DNA of 64,000 nucleotides from an uncultured Verrucomicrobiae bacterium (GTDB lineage Bacteria; Verrucomicrobiota; Verrucomicrobiia; Chthoniobacterales; Chthoniobacteraceae): NCBI GenBank assembly GCA_963769025.1, contig CAVYKI010000012.1:32001-96000 (forward strand), read 5' to 3'. Under the pieces are notes generated by a model, which was not told the origin of the DNA, made no database searches, and worked only from the letters and a program-made list of their open reading frames with translations. This document shows positions 11,161-20,302 of the stretch, piece after piece. A program made the translations under genes and the position numbers. The stretch's first letter is position 1; every line of letters begins with the position of its first letter.

Positions 11161-14100
11161 GGCTGCGCGGGCGGCTCGGTAGGTTTCGTTTCCTGCGCAG
11201 CCTGCCTTGCCGCAAATCTCTCCGCGCGCTTCTCCGCCTCCTCGGCGGCGAACTTCGCGGCCAATGCCTGGCGCTCGCGCCGCCGCTCCATGCACGCGGC
11301 CAGCCAGGCGCGGATTCCGCAGATCAGCCAGATGCCCACGCCTGCGAACACGCCGATGGACGCCATCTGCCACGGCCCGGCAGAGCGCGGATTCACCGTG
11401 CCGGAAACGACCAACGCGCCGAGCCCGACGAAAATGAAATACGCCCACTTCGCTCCGCGCTCGCGACGCAAGAGCGCGATGGCCCCGGCAAACGCCAGCA
11501 GCGCCGCCATCGCCTCGACGAGGAACGCGAACGTCTTTCCGCGATGCGACACACTCACCGTCGCGGGCGCATCCATCCGCCGCAGATCCGCGCGCACGCC
11601 TTCCTTGCGGAGTTGCGTGTCGAAGCCCGCGCGTTTCGGCGGCGGCATCGGCGGCGTGGCGACATTCTGCACGTTCAGCGCGGACGGCGCAGCCGGGCCG
11701 ATCTGCGGGAGGTAAAACCGCAGCCCGCGCGCAATCCGTTCCCAGCCGAACGCGCCCACGTCCTCGCGCATCGCCCCGCCAAAATCCACGTAGCGCTGCG
11801 AGGCCGGCAGGAAGAGCGTCCAGTGCGTCTGCAGCACCTTCACGTCGGAGAGCCGCGGCGGCTCCAGGTCAAAATTCCCGCGCCAGCCGAACTTTTCGCC
11901 CGGCTTCGCGCTCGGCACTTCATAGACGAAACGCACGGGGAATTCCGCATTGCCGTCCTGCCGCGCTGGCAGGCGGATGAGCACTTCGTTGCGATCCGGC
12001 CGCTTGCTCGGCTGCTGCGGTTCGCCATTTACGAACGCATCGCTCAGGAGCCGCGCCTGCTTCCCGCCGCGCGACGGGAGCTGGATGCTGAAGAACTGCT
12101 GCGAGTTGTTTTTCACCCAATAGATCACCTCGGTCGTCTCCGCCGCGTCCTCGGCGATCACGCTCGTGAGCACCGCGCTCGTCACGATGGCCTGCGGCAC
12201 GTCGAGGTAGAGATTCTTCGACACGCTCAGCGAGAGCGACACGGGATGCTGGCTGTATTTGTAGGCGAGGAAAATCCCGTCGCGTTGCAGCGCGGCGTTC
12301 AGCTCCTTCGGGTCAATCGTCTCCAGCCCCTTCGAGTCCGTCTTGGTGAATTCGAGGTTGCCGTCCTTCAGCACCGCGACCTGTCCCGTCTCGCGGAAAA
12401 CGCCGGGCGTCTTCACCTCGTGCAGCGTCACGGGCAGCACCACGCCGGGCTTTTGCTCCGCGCGCGCCGCGTCGTGGGAAAAGGTGAGCGTGTGCGCGCC
12501 GAGCACCTTGTCCTGCAGCACGACGCGCCAGATCACCGCGCCCGTCGGCTGCCCCGCGGCATCGAGCGCGTCGCTCTTGATGCGCTCCTTGATGTTCGCA
12601 CCCTCGATTTGCAAATCGTCCGCGATCGCCTTCGGCACCTCGACGCTGAACTCATTCACGCCCGGCAAACTCCACGTTGAAATTCACAATCCACGAATGC
12701 CGCGTGAGCGTCTCGCGCACATCGAGCAGCGTGAGCACATCGGCGGACACGCGCGGCTTGCGCAGCTCGAATGCGATCTGCGCCGCCTTCACCGCCGCCG
12801 CCGACTGCGAGCGATATCGGAAGCCGATCGTGAGCGGCGTCTGCGCGGGATTCGCCGCCACCATGCCTTCGAGATTGCGGATGTCCTCCTCGCGCATGTC
12901 GCCCTTGTCCGTCGTGTTCGCCTTCAGGCTCAGGTGAATGGCGAGGCCCACCTTTGCATCGTGGCGCTCCGCGGCGAGCGGATTGAAAACGGGCACCGTC
13001 ACCGCGTCGCCCGCATTCGCGCGCGGCGCATCGGCCGTGAGATGAAATTGAAACACACCGAGCTGGCGCGACTTGAACTTCACGCTCATCACGCGCTTGC
13101 CGCCCGACCTCCGCCACCGTGCTGCTCTCGACCATCGGGCCGACCGCCTCCTCATTCCGATACCCGGCCGGCAGCTCGATCTGCACCCCGAAGATGCCCG
13201 CCTTTTTCACCGTGTAGCTGAAGCGCGTGTTCAGCGTCAGCGTCTCCGTGCCGACCGTGAGCAACGACAGACTCGCCACTTCCACCTGCGGTTTTGCCTC
13301 GGTGACATTCAGCACGCCCGCGTACGGCAGGCGCAGATAGCGGTAGCTGCCCACGAGCCCCGGCTGCGTTTTTCCGTCCTTCGTCAGCGCGACGCCCTGC
13401 TGCGTGAGGTTCTGGAGATCCGACGGCTCGACGACCAATTCCGCGTCCGCATTCACCGTGATGCTCCCGCTCTGCCGCTCGACATTCAGCGCCGACACGA
13501 CCGGCAGCGCGGGCTTCTGCGGCAGCGCGCCGAGCGCGGCTTCCAGCGTGAGCCGCAGTTGATACGAGTCCTTCGCAGGAGTGTGCAGCTCGATGTGAAT
13601 GCCCTGCCCCGCCTGCCCCGCGACGCCCGCCGCCGGCTTCCATTCGCGGATATTCGCGCCCTCGACGCTGAGCACCTGCTGGTCCAACGGCACCGTCACG
13701 TCAAACGCACTCACACCTGTGCGCAGGATGCGGTAGCTCATCGTCACGTCCGTCCGCAGCGCGCCGCCGCCCACGCGCACGACCGTCTGCGCATCCGCAA
13801 AAAGCAGCGCGGGCAGCGCCGTCTCGCCGCCCTTCTTCGCCCAGGAAATCGTCACCTGCTGCGAAGCGCCGAAATACACCGAGAGCTTCGTCCCCTCGCC
13901 CTGCTCCACGGCGCTGAACGCCGACGCCGGCGTGATCGTGAACTCCAATCCCTTCTCCGGGATCGTGAGTTCAAACTGCGACACCGCCGTGCCCGGCAGC
14001 TTCAGCGGCAGCGTCGCGCGCCCCTTGTCGCGCGTGACCTTTCCAAAGATGACCGCATCGAGCGTGTATGCGCCCTTCTTCGGAAAAATGATCGTCTGCC

Positions 14101-14551
14101 CGTCCTTCGTCGCATTCAGCAGCGCCGTCGTCTTTGCCTCCGCGAGCGCGAGATCCGTCCCGAGCGAAATCTGCGACCAGCCCTCCTTCAGCGCCTCGAA
14201 GTTCACCTTCGCCTTTATCTCCGCAAGATCGCCCTCCACTTTCCCCGAGTAAGTCGCGCCCGCCACCACGCCATCCACCGGCGGCTCCGTCTTCTTCAGC
14301 TTGTCCGGCAAATTCACCTTGTTCCACATCTCAAGGAATTCGCGGTACGGCAAAAACACGCCCTGCTCCTGTCCGGCGAAAACTTCCTCCAGCTTCTCGA
14401 ACGGCACAAAAATCGTCTGCTCCTTCGTGATGACCTTCGGCGGCTGCACGGGCGCAATTGGTGGCGCAGGCGGCACCGGCGGCGGCTCCTGTGCGGACGC
14501 GATCACGAGCAGCGCCGGAAACAACAGCGCGAGGAGACGGAGGATTTTCAT
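11157..14551 (-). CDS. Giant exported beta-rich protein, paralogue A (about 1130 aa), C-terminal TM helices; +1 frameshifts near 13105 and 12661
   Basis: Joins ORFs 12656..14551, 12652..13155 and 11157..12668 (AEVG/GKRVMSV; VEFAG/VNEFSV). Signal peptide MKILRLLALLFPALLVIASA. Confidence 0.8.
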
Positions 14552-14987
14552 GCGGAGGGAATCTTGCCGAAAGTGCTCCGGCGATTGTCAGGTTTTGGAG
14601 CGGCGGTTGTAAAAGAATTGTCAGTCCGCGGCGAGACATTCCATCCGCGGGCGTCATCCGCGGAATGAGGACCACGCACCGCGTTACGCACCACGCCCAT
14701 GCGCACCGCACCCGGCTGGGCCAGGCGCCGGACGTTTCCCCAAACGCCCGGCGCCCTCCCCGCCTTTCGCGGGATGCCCCCTTGTTGACGGATCGTGAGA
14801 ACGCTCCCTCACCTCCCGGATACCGCGTTTCGCGCCGTTTGTTACCGAGGTTGAGCAAAAATCTTCGTGGACCGGCTCATTTTGAGGTCACTCCGGCTCT
14901 TTTGCCCGGAACAGAGCCCGCGAAGCGGTTCGTCGCCCAAATTCACCTTGCCCGACCCGGCTCCCGCTTTAAGTATCCTCCTCCGAC

Positions 14988-15514
14988 ATGAGCACCACCA
15001 CACCGGCCGCCTACGACTCGAAGATCGAGGGCAACATCATCTTCACCAAGGTCGATGCCGCCATCAACTGGATGCGCAAAAACTCGCTCTGGCCGATGCC
15101 GATGGGCCTCGCCTGCTGCGCCATCGAGCTCATGGCCACCGGCGCGTCGCGCTTCGACATCTCGCGCTTCGGCGCGGAGGTCATGCGCTTTTCGCCGCGG
15201 CAGAGCGACGTGATGATCGTCGCCGGCACCGTCACCTACAAAATGGCGCTCGCCGTGAAACGCATCTGGGACCAGATGCCCGAGCCGAAATGGTGCATCG
15301 CCATGGGCGCCTGCGCGTCAGCAGCGGCGGCATGTATCGCAGCTACGCCGTGCTCCAGGGCATCGACCAGCTCATCCCCGTGGACGTCTATATCTCCGGC
15401 TGCCCGCCGCGCCCCGAGGCGCTCATCGAGGGCCTGATCCGCCTCCAGCGGAAGATCGACGGCGAGAAGTCCTTCCTCGCGCAGAAGCCGGAGCTGGTCG
15501 CCGCCTTGAGTTAA
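14988..15514 (+). CDS. nuoB: NADH-quinone oxidoreductase subunit B; frameshift near 15318
   Basis: [44 protein letters not shown], then [15 protein letters not shown] in the shifted frame. Confidence 0.95.
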
Positions 15515-15528
15515 GAAGATTTTGAATC

Positions 15529-15593
15529 AGGAAGGCATGAAGGCAGGAAAAGAGCATGTGAAAATGTGGGTTTTCCTGCCTTCCTGCCTTCCT
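15529..15593. repeat. 23-bp inverted repeat (1 mismatch, 19-nt loop) built from 8-bp GGAAGGCA units, between nuoB and nuoC
   Basis: AGGAAGGCATGAAGGCAGGAAAA (15529-15551) and TTTTCCTGCCTTCCTGCCTTCCT (15571-15593). Confidence 0.9.
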
Positions 15594-15640
15594 AAGTTTC
15601 TTCACCCCACGATCTGCAACTGAGCACTCACCTTTTCAAA

Positions 15641-16231
15641 ATGGCCATCAATCTCGAAGTCCCCGCATCCACCAAGAAGGACGCCGCCGCGCTCGCCGCG
15701 AAATTCACCATCGTCTCGCAAAAGGAATTCCGCGGCGAACTCACGCTCACCGTGAACCGCGCGCAGTTCCACGACATCGCCGCATTCCTCCGCGACCAGC
15801 TCGGCTACACGTATCTCATCGATGTCAGCAGCGTGGATCACTTCGGCCAGGAGCCGCGCTACGAGGTCGTCTATGAGCTGCAGAACTTCGAGCGCGCCGA
15901 CCACCTCCGCGTGAAATACACCGTGAGCGAGGACGACGCCACCGCGCCCACCGTCACCGACCTCTGGGCCACCGCCGACTGGCACGAGCGCGAAGTGTAC
16001 GACATGATGGGCATCCGCTTCACCGGCCATCCCGACCTGCGCCGCATCCTCATGTGGGAAGGCTACCCGTTCTTCCCGCTGCGAAAGGACTTCCCGCTCG
16101 CCGGCAAGGACAGCGACACGCCCGACGTGGCCTTCTCGCGCGCCGCCCCGCTCGCTGGCGGCCCCTTCGTCACATCGCCCACCGGCGGCGACACGCAGGA
16201 CCGCGAACCGCGCTCGCGCGAGATGGAGTGA
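15641..16231 (+). CDS. nuoC: NADH-quinone oxidoreductase subunit C
   Basis: LWATADWHEREVYDMMGIRFTGHPDLRRIL...FPLRKDFP signature. Confidence 0.95.
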   Translation: MAINLEVPASTKKDAAALAAKFTIVSQKEFRGELTLTVNRAQFHDIAAFLRDQLGYTYLIDVSSVDHFGQEPRYEVVYELQNFERADHLRVKYTVSEDDATAPTVTDLWATADWHEREVYDMMGIRFTGHPDLRRILMWEGYPFFPLRKDFPLAGKDSDTPDVAFSRAAPLAGGPFVTSPTGGDTQDREPRSREME

Positions 16232-17031
16232 ATGTAGAACCTGATCTTCAGGACACATCATCCGGGACTGGCCGACCCGGACAGTGGTGGATCGCTTCAC
16301 TGGTGGCGCTCGTGGTATTTGCCAGCTTGGGTTTCGTTATTGGCGTCACGCAACGGGACTGGATGGCCTTCTATGTTTATTCGGTATACGGCTTTTTTAC
16401 CGGAGCGTCGTTGTGCGTGATTTTTGCGATCATTTCGTTCGCGAGAAATGAAACGCATCGCGTGTGGGCCGCCATCCCCGCACTTGTCATGGTGTTTTGG
16501 GGCCTGTCCAAGCTCACCCAACAATGGCAGTCCGCCCGAGATTTTAAGTCGTACCGCGCATACATTGAGCAACTCAAGGCCGACCCCGAGATCGCCCTGC
16601 GGGAACACTGGCCCTCGAACCGGGCCACAGTGCAATCAAGGGCATTCTTCGATGCCGTCTGGGCGCCGTATGTGGAATTCTCCGCAAGCCAAGTGGAGCG
16701 AATCTACGCGGAAATGCCCGAGTTTCGCGAGGTGGTATTCAATCAAGTTTCCTGCACACCCGGATTTATCCGCGCCCATTTCGATGAAGCCCCCGATTTA
16801 GCGCGCAAGAAATCCCCACACATGCTGGAGAAAATAGTCCACAACCGGAATACTCCGATTGAACTGCTGCAGCGGGTCATTTTTTATCGGAAACAGCTAC
16901 CATTCGAACCGCCTCATCAGGCCGAGCGCATTTCGTCGCATCCCGTGCTCGGCTACGGGATGTCGCCCGAGCAGGCATTCGGCGTGTTGCGGAAGTTGCT
17001 CGCGGTTCCGACGCATCGTTTCGTTGGTTGA
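16228..17031 (+). CDS. Hypothetical membrane protein (3 N-terminal TM helices) whose 3' end runs into a PIN-toxin relic
   Basis: GTG overlaps the nuoC TGA; hydrophobic helices; visibly more AT-rich codon usage. Confidence 0.6.
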   Translation: MNVEPDLQDTSSGTGRPGQWWIASLVALVVFASLGFVIGVTQRDWMAFYVYSVYGFFTGASLCVIFAIISFARNETHRVWAAIPALVMVFWGLSKLTQQWQSARDFKSYRAYIEQLKADPEIALREHWPSNRATVQSRAFFDAVWAPYVEFSASQVERIYAEMPEFREVVFNQVSCTPGFIRAHFDEAPDLARKKSPHMLEKIVHNRNTPIELLQRVIFYRKQLPFEPPHQAERISSHPVLGYGMSPEQAFGVLRKLLAVPTHRFVG

Positions 17032-17190
17032 TTTGAGCTGTGAAGGCCGCGTGCCGCTCACCGGACGCATCCCGGGTGCAAACAATGTCACCGGTCACTA
17101 CCTCGCCGCACGGGCCCGCCAGCATGGGCTGAGCTTTGATGAGCCATTGACCCGCACGTTTCCCGACGGACCGGGATTGATGGAACTGGT
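16927..17190 (+). pseudogene. Decayed VapC/PIN-domain toxin, C-terminal two-thirds
   Basis: RISSHPVLGYGMSPEQAFGVLRKLLAVPTHRFV /shift/ DLSCEGR...GANNVTGHYLAARARQHGLSFDEPL resembles the VapC pattern RISSHP...HRF..DD...VTDxYLxALA..HG..LATFD. Confidence 0.6.
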
Positions 17191-17326
17191 GACTCAGCGA
17201 GAACAGGGGGAGCACTGTAGCCTGACCCTTGTTCCTTGACGTTTTGATCGCGCATCGCCATCCGGTGCAGAGCGGATGCGGAAATGAACTCTTGCTTAAA
17301 TACCGATGCGAACGACTGTTCGCGCC

Positions 17327-17402
17327 CCTCGGCTGGCCGTGATGGTCGGTCGAGGCAGCCCACAAGGGCAATTTTAACCCGGCGAAGGTCCCGAAACCCG
17401 CC
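17327..17402 (+). promoter_or_regulatory. Putative structured 5' leader of infA (three hairpins)
   Basis: 12-bp stem with three G-U pairs (17327-17355), GCCC-ACAA-GGGC (17358-17369) and GGCG..GGT..ACCCGCC (17381-17402). A TTGCTT -35-like hexamer lies at 17292. Confidence 0.4.
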
Positions 17403-17426
17403 AATTCAAACGCAAAAATCCAATCC

Positions 17427-17648
17427 ATGCCTGTTCAAGATGATGTCATCGTAATCGAGGGAAAAATCACGTCGGTCCTTGCCGGAACCATGTTTCGTGT
17501 CGAGCTAGCCAACAAGCACCTCGTGCTCGCACACATCTCTGGCAAGATGCGCAAGCGGTTCATCCGCCTCGCAATGGGAGACCGCGTGAAAATGGAGATG
17601 TCGCCCTACGATCTCTCGAAGGCGCGCATCGTTTATCGTCTCGGGTAA
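17427..17648 (+). CDS. infA: Translation initiation factor IF-1
   Basis: [26 protein letters not shown]...[21 protein letters not shown]. Confidence 0.97.
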   Translation: MPVQDDVIVIEGKITSVLAGTMFRVELANKHLVLAHISGKMRKRFIRLAMGDRVKMEMSPYDLSKARIVYRLG

Positions 17649-17742
17649 GGCAATGCACATCCGTGGAGGCGCAGCAGGAAGGCTGAAGCCGTGATTTTTC
17701 CGGGGGCTGGTTCCCCGGGTCCAAGAAGACATCCGCAATCGA

Positions 17743-17875
17743 AACGCCGATACCGGACGCATCGTCCGCACCCTCAAGGAGGACCTCATCTGCCCCCGCG
17801 ACCGGTTCAGCTTCCATGAACTCCGCGCGGCCCTCGCCCGCTGGTTCCGCTACTGCAGCCACAACTTCCGCCGTA
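17743..17875 (+). pseudogene. Relic of an IS3/IS481-like DDE integrase core
   Basis: No start codon; NADTGRIVRTLKEDLICPRDRFSFHELRAALARWFRYCSHNF matches N-A-x2-E-R-x2-RTLKxE...ELxxAL..W...YN with the catalytic E read as G. Confidence 0.55.
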
Positions 17876-17944
17876 TCTCACCCCTCCTCATCCGCCTCTC
17901 CTTGATTTTTCCTCGCCTTAGCCGGGGGCGGCCACGGCTCGGGC

Positions 17945-19603
17945 TCACGACACCATCCGGCCGAGGCACTCGATGAGGTAGGGGAGGAGCTGTTTTTTAC
18001 GCGAGACGATGCCGTCGAGCTGCCAGATGAAGGACGGGTGAATGACGGGCGATGGGATGGTGGAGAGGAAACGCTGGTCGCCGCGCACGAGGAGGAGGCT
18101 GCTGTGCGTGGTGATGTCCGTGACGAGGAGCGCGGCGAAGAGCAGGCCCTCGCGCTTTTGCCGGGCCTCGAGCGCGGCGAGGAGGGCGTCGCGCTTTTCG
18201 TGGAAGTGGACGAAGGTGAGTTCCTCGACCTGAGCGACCACGAAGCGGTGGCCGTTCTCGGTGTAAGGTTTTGAATCGGCGTTGATGGCCTCCTCGGCGG
18301 AGAGCGTGAGCAGCGGGCTGCCGACGCTGAAGAGTTCCTTCGCGTAAATATCCGGGTCCACTTCGGCGGCCTTCGCGAGTTCGTCGCGGATTTTCCGGTC
18401 GGTCGGAGTCGTCGTCGGTGAAGTCAGGTTCAGCGTGTCGCTGATGAGCCCGGAGAGCAGCACGCCCGCGATTTTCCACGGGACGGGGATGCCGGCATAC
18501 TGGAAGCAGAGCGCGACGATGGTGCTCGTGCTGCCGACGGGGTTGTTCCAGAAATGCACGGGCACGCGGCTCGTGAAGCCGCCGAGGCGGTGGTGGTCGT
18601 AAATTTCCACGATGGGGACCTGCTCCGCGCCGGCGACGGCCTGGTCGAGCTCGTTGTGATCGACCAGGATGAGCTGGCGCGGAATTTCCTTGATGAAATC
18701 GGACTTCGAGAGGATGCCGCAGAGCTTGCCGTGGTCGTCCACGACCGGGAAGACGAACGCGCTGCTGTCCGCGGCCGTGCGGCGCGCCTCGGCGAGCCGG
18801 GTGTCGCGGCGGTAGGAAAGGAAATTCGTCTCGACCATCCGGCCGGCACGCACGGCACCGCGGCTCATGAGCACGGTGGTCGCGGTGTCGGTCGGCGAGG
18901 AAAGCAGCGTCACTCCCGCGGCGCGCGCGGCGATTTCCACCTCGGGCTCGACGGCGTGCGCGCCGGTGACGACGATCGCGTGCGCGCGAAGCTCGATGGC
19001 GAGCTGCTGGATGTGCGGACGGTCGCCGACGAAGACGACGACCTTGCGGCCCTCCTCGGCGTAGCTTTTCAGACGCGGGCCGAAGCTGTCCTGCCGCATC
19101 GCGCCGACGAGCAGGAAAAGCTCCTCTTCCACGGTGGAAAGTTCGCCGCAGATGAGCTGTCCGCCGACGGTGCGCGCGATGTCCGCAAGCGACGCGGTGA
19201 CGATGCGCGCCGCGCCCGCCCCTTCGCGTGGCGGGAAAAGGTGGTGCATGATCTTGTAGGCGTTCAGCAGGCCCATGCAGCGATGGCGGTTGTCCACGAC
19301 CGGCAGGCCGCGGAGCTGGCGACGGTCGATGAGCTGGATGGCGTCGTAAATCGGCGTGTCCACATGCACGCTCACCACGTTTGGCTGCATCACGTCATTC
19401 ACGCGCGGGCTCAGGTCGCTGAGCAGCATGGGCGCCTCGGTGCCAAAGCGCTGCAGTGCAAAATCGATCCGCGGATTGGTCGGCCCGCAGCGCGCGGCGA
19501 TCACGTCGAGCCAGCCGCTCAGGCGCTTGAGTTCCGCGCAGCCGATGGCCGAGCAGATGGAATCCATGTCGGGATTCTTATGGCCGATGACGATGGTTTG
19601 CAC
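17945..19603 (-). CDS. ppaC: Family II Mn-dependent inorganic pyrophosphatase with CBS-DRTGG-CBS insert
   Basis: GHKNPDMDSICS, two CBS domains, VGDR (DRTGG), LVDHN, DHH, GSTSTI, LISDTL and DHHA2 end GIVSRKKQLLP. GTG start at 19603. Confidence 0.92.
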   Translation of the reverse strand: MQTIVIGHKNPDMDSICSAIGCAELKRLSGWLDVIAARCGPTNPRIDFALQRFGTEAPMLLSDLSPRVNDVMQPNVVSVHVDTPIYDAIQLIDRRQLRGLPVVDNRHRCMGLLNAYKIMHHLFPPREGAGAARIVTASLADIARTVGGQLICGELSTVEEELFLLVGAMRQDSFGPRLKSYAEEGRKVVVFVGDRPHIQQLAIELRAHAIVVTGAHAVEPEVEIAARAAGVTLLSSPTDTATTVLMSRGAVRAGRMVETNFLSYRRDTRLAEARRTAADSSAFVFPVVDDHGKLCGILSKSDFIKEIPRQLILVDHNELDQAVAGAEQVPIVEIYDHHRLGGFTSRVPVHFWNNPVGSTSTIVALCFQYAGIPVPWKIAGVLLSGLISDTLNLTSPTTTPTDRKIRDELAKAAEVDPDIYAKELFSVGSPLLTLSAEEAINADSKPYTENGHRFVVAQVEELTFVHFHEKRDALLAALEARQKREGLLFAALLVTDITTHSSLLLVRGDQRFLSTIPSPVIHPSFIWQLDGIVSRKKQLLPYLIECLGRMVS

Positions 19604-19692
19604 GGCGCGGAGGAAAGCTGCGACCGTGCCAGCGGGGAAGGACAAACCGCGCAGGACCGGTCCGATCTGCCCGCCGAGCAGAGCAGATCGAC

Positions 19693-20247
19693 CTACGCGA
19701 CCTTGCGCCGGGAGGCCTTCGCTTTCGAGGCGTAGCCCTTCGGCGTTTTGGCTTTCGCTTTCACCGCGTGGGAGGCGTGTTTCACCACCGACTTGCCGGC
19801 GCTTCCCTCCTTCTTCGCGGGCTTCGTGGCTCCCGCCGGGAACTCGTCGATTTTCACGATGGTCGCCGGGCGGCTGACGTAGAAGGACACCTGCGATTCG
19901 ACCGGCTGCGTGGGAAGCCACACGGGGGTCGAGAGCCGCTCGGACATGATCCACCATGGATTCGCCGGCGTGCAGCAGTCGCGATAGATGACGGCCGTCT
20001 CCTCGCCTTCGGGGTTGAGGCGGAGCCGCGAGCGGTAGCGGAATTTGAAAGTGACGACCTTGTGCTCGACGTTGGCATCCTGCAGCGCCTTGTGCAGATT
20101 TCCGGCGTAGGCCACATCCGGGTTTTGCACGCCGGGGCCGATGCGCGGCACGGCCCGGACCGTTTGCCAATTGCGTGAGGGCTGCGGAGTCCCGCAGCCT
20201 GCGAGGAAGATGGCGGCCGCGGTGGAGAGGAGGACGAACTTTTGCAT
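19693..20247 (-). CDS. Lipoprotein of unknown function with Lys/Ala-rich tail
   Basis: Lipobox FLAGC; basic C-terminus. Confidence 0.75.
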   Translation of the reverse strand: MQKFVLLSTAAAIFLAGCGTPQPSRNWQTVRAVPRIGPGVQNPDVAYAGNLHKALQDANVEHKVVTFKFRYRSRLRLNPEGEETAVIYRDCCTPANPWWIMSERLSTPVWLPTQPVESQVSFYVSRPATIVKIDEFPAGATKPAKKEGSAGKSVVKHASHAVKAKAKTPKGYASKAKASRRKVA

Positions 20248-20302
20248 CGAAGTGGTGGAATGATGTCGCGGCGAGTGGGCAAGGCTGCCGCGCTCCCGCC
20301 AC

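Noticed and set aside
12652..13155. Programmed ribosomal frameshifting or phase variation in the giant genes
   Set aside because: No X XXY YYZ slippery heptamer or long homopolymer at the shift sites, and the same kind of indel hits nuoB, aroF and PAP2, so sequencing error is more parsimonious.
14552..14987. 436-bp divergent intergenic region as a possible ncRNA or nuoA remnant
   Set aside because: Only short CCGCGG palindromes and weak promoter-like hexamers; I found no NuoA-like translation or recognisable RNA family.
19604..20302. N-terminal 233-aa extension of ppaC in the ORF track
   Set aside because: It overlaps the real lipoprotein gene in another frame; PPase homology begins at GTG 19603.
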